From: Rhodothermales bacterium
Lineage (GTDB): Bacteria; Bacteroidota; Rhodothermia; Rhodothermales; VXPQ01
Length of the DNA stretch: 36,189 nucleotides
NCBI GenBank assembly: GCA_040904565.1
Contig: JBBDTI010000061.1
Coordinates: forward strand, 6,188 to 42,376
Direction: 5' to 3'
Position numbers and translations under genes: made by a program. Below are positions 36,124-36,189 of this stretch, piece by piece. Position 1 is the first letter of the stretch; each line of letters starts with the position of its first letter. Below the pieces are notes generated by a model. That model was not told where the DNA came from. It searched no databases and was given only the letters and a program-made list of their open reading frames with translations.

Positions 36124-36189
36124 CTGGAGCACCGGATGTCGGGAGATATGGCGTTATGCCGTTCGCACAGGATTCGTGCCGTTCGCAGG

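Overview
GC-rich, gene-dense bacterial chromosomal window. The gene content (ECF sigma/FecR/STN-type TonB receptor, GH127, GH172, PIG-L, M61) looks Bacteroidota-like, and with the high GC it suggests Rhodothermales (inference only). I support 27 CDSs: ppx/gppA; a pdxA2 + DUF1537 acid-sugar kinase pair; a four-gene chaperone-usher-like pilus operon (two DUF4402-like pilins, chaperone, usher); a minus-strand OmpW-like/GH127/PIG-L deacetylase/Nramp-like cluster; M61 peptidase and a beta-lactamase-fold hydrolase; an ECF sigma - helical lipoprotein - FecR - TonB-dependent receptor cassette; an esterase; an orphan two-gene pair; DUF6454, SelW-like and GH172 genes; ettA; a Spy/CpxP-like lipoprotein; an HPF/RaiA-like gene; and a nitrilase. 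I saw no rRNA, tRNA, CRISPR array or transposase. The most striking element is the pilus operon. It follows a good match to a sigma-28 (FliA) promoter, one pilin lacks the donor-strand extension, and the usher ends in a ~165-aa Pro-rich linker plus a hydrophobic helix and RRRR, suggesting an outer-membrane usher tethered to the inner membrane. All family calls come from motif recognition by eye, not from database searches.
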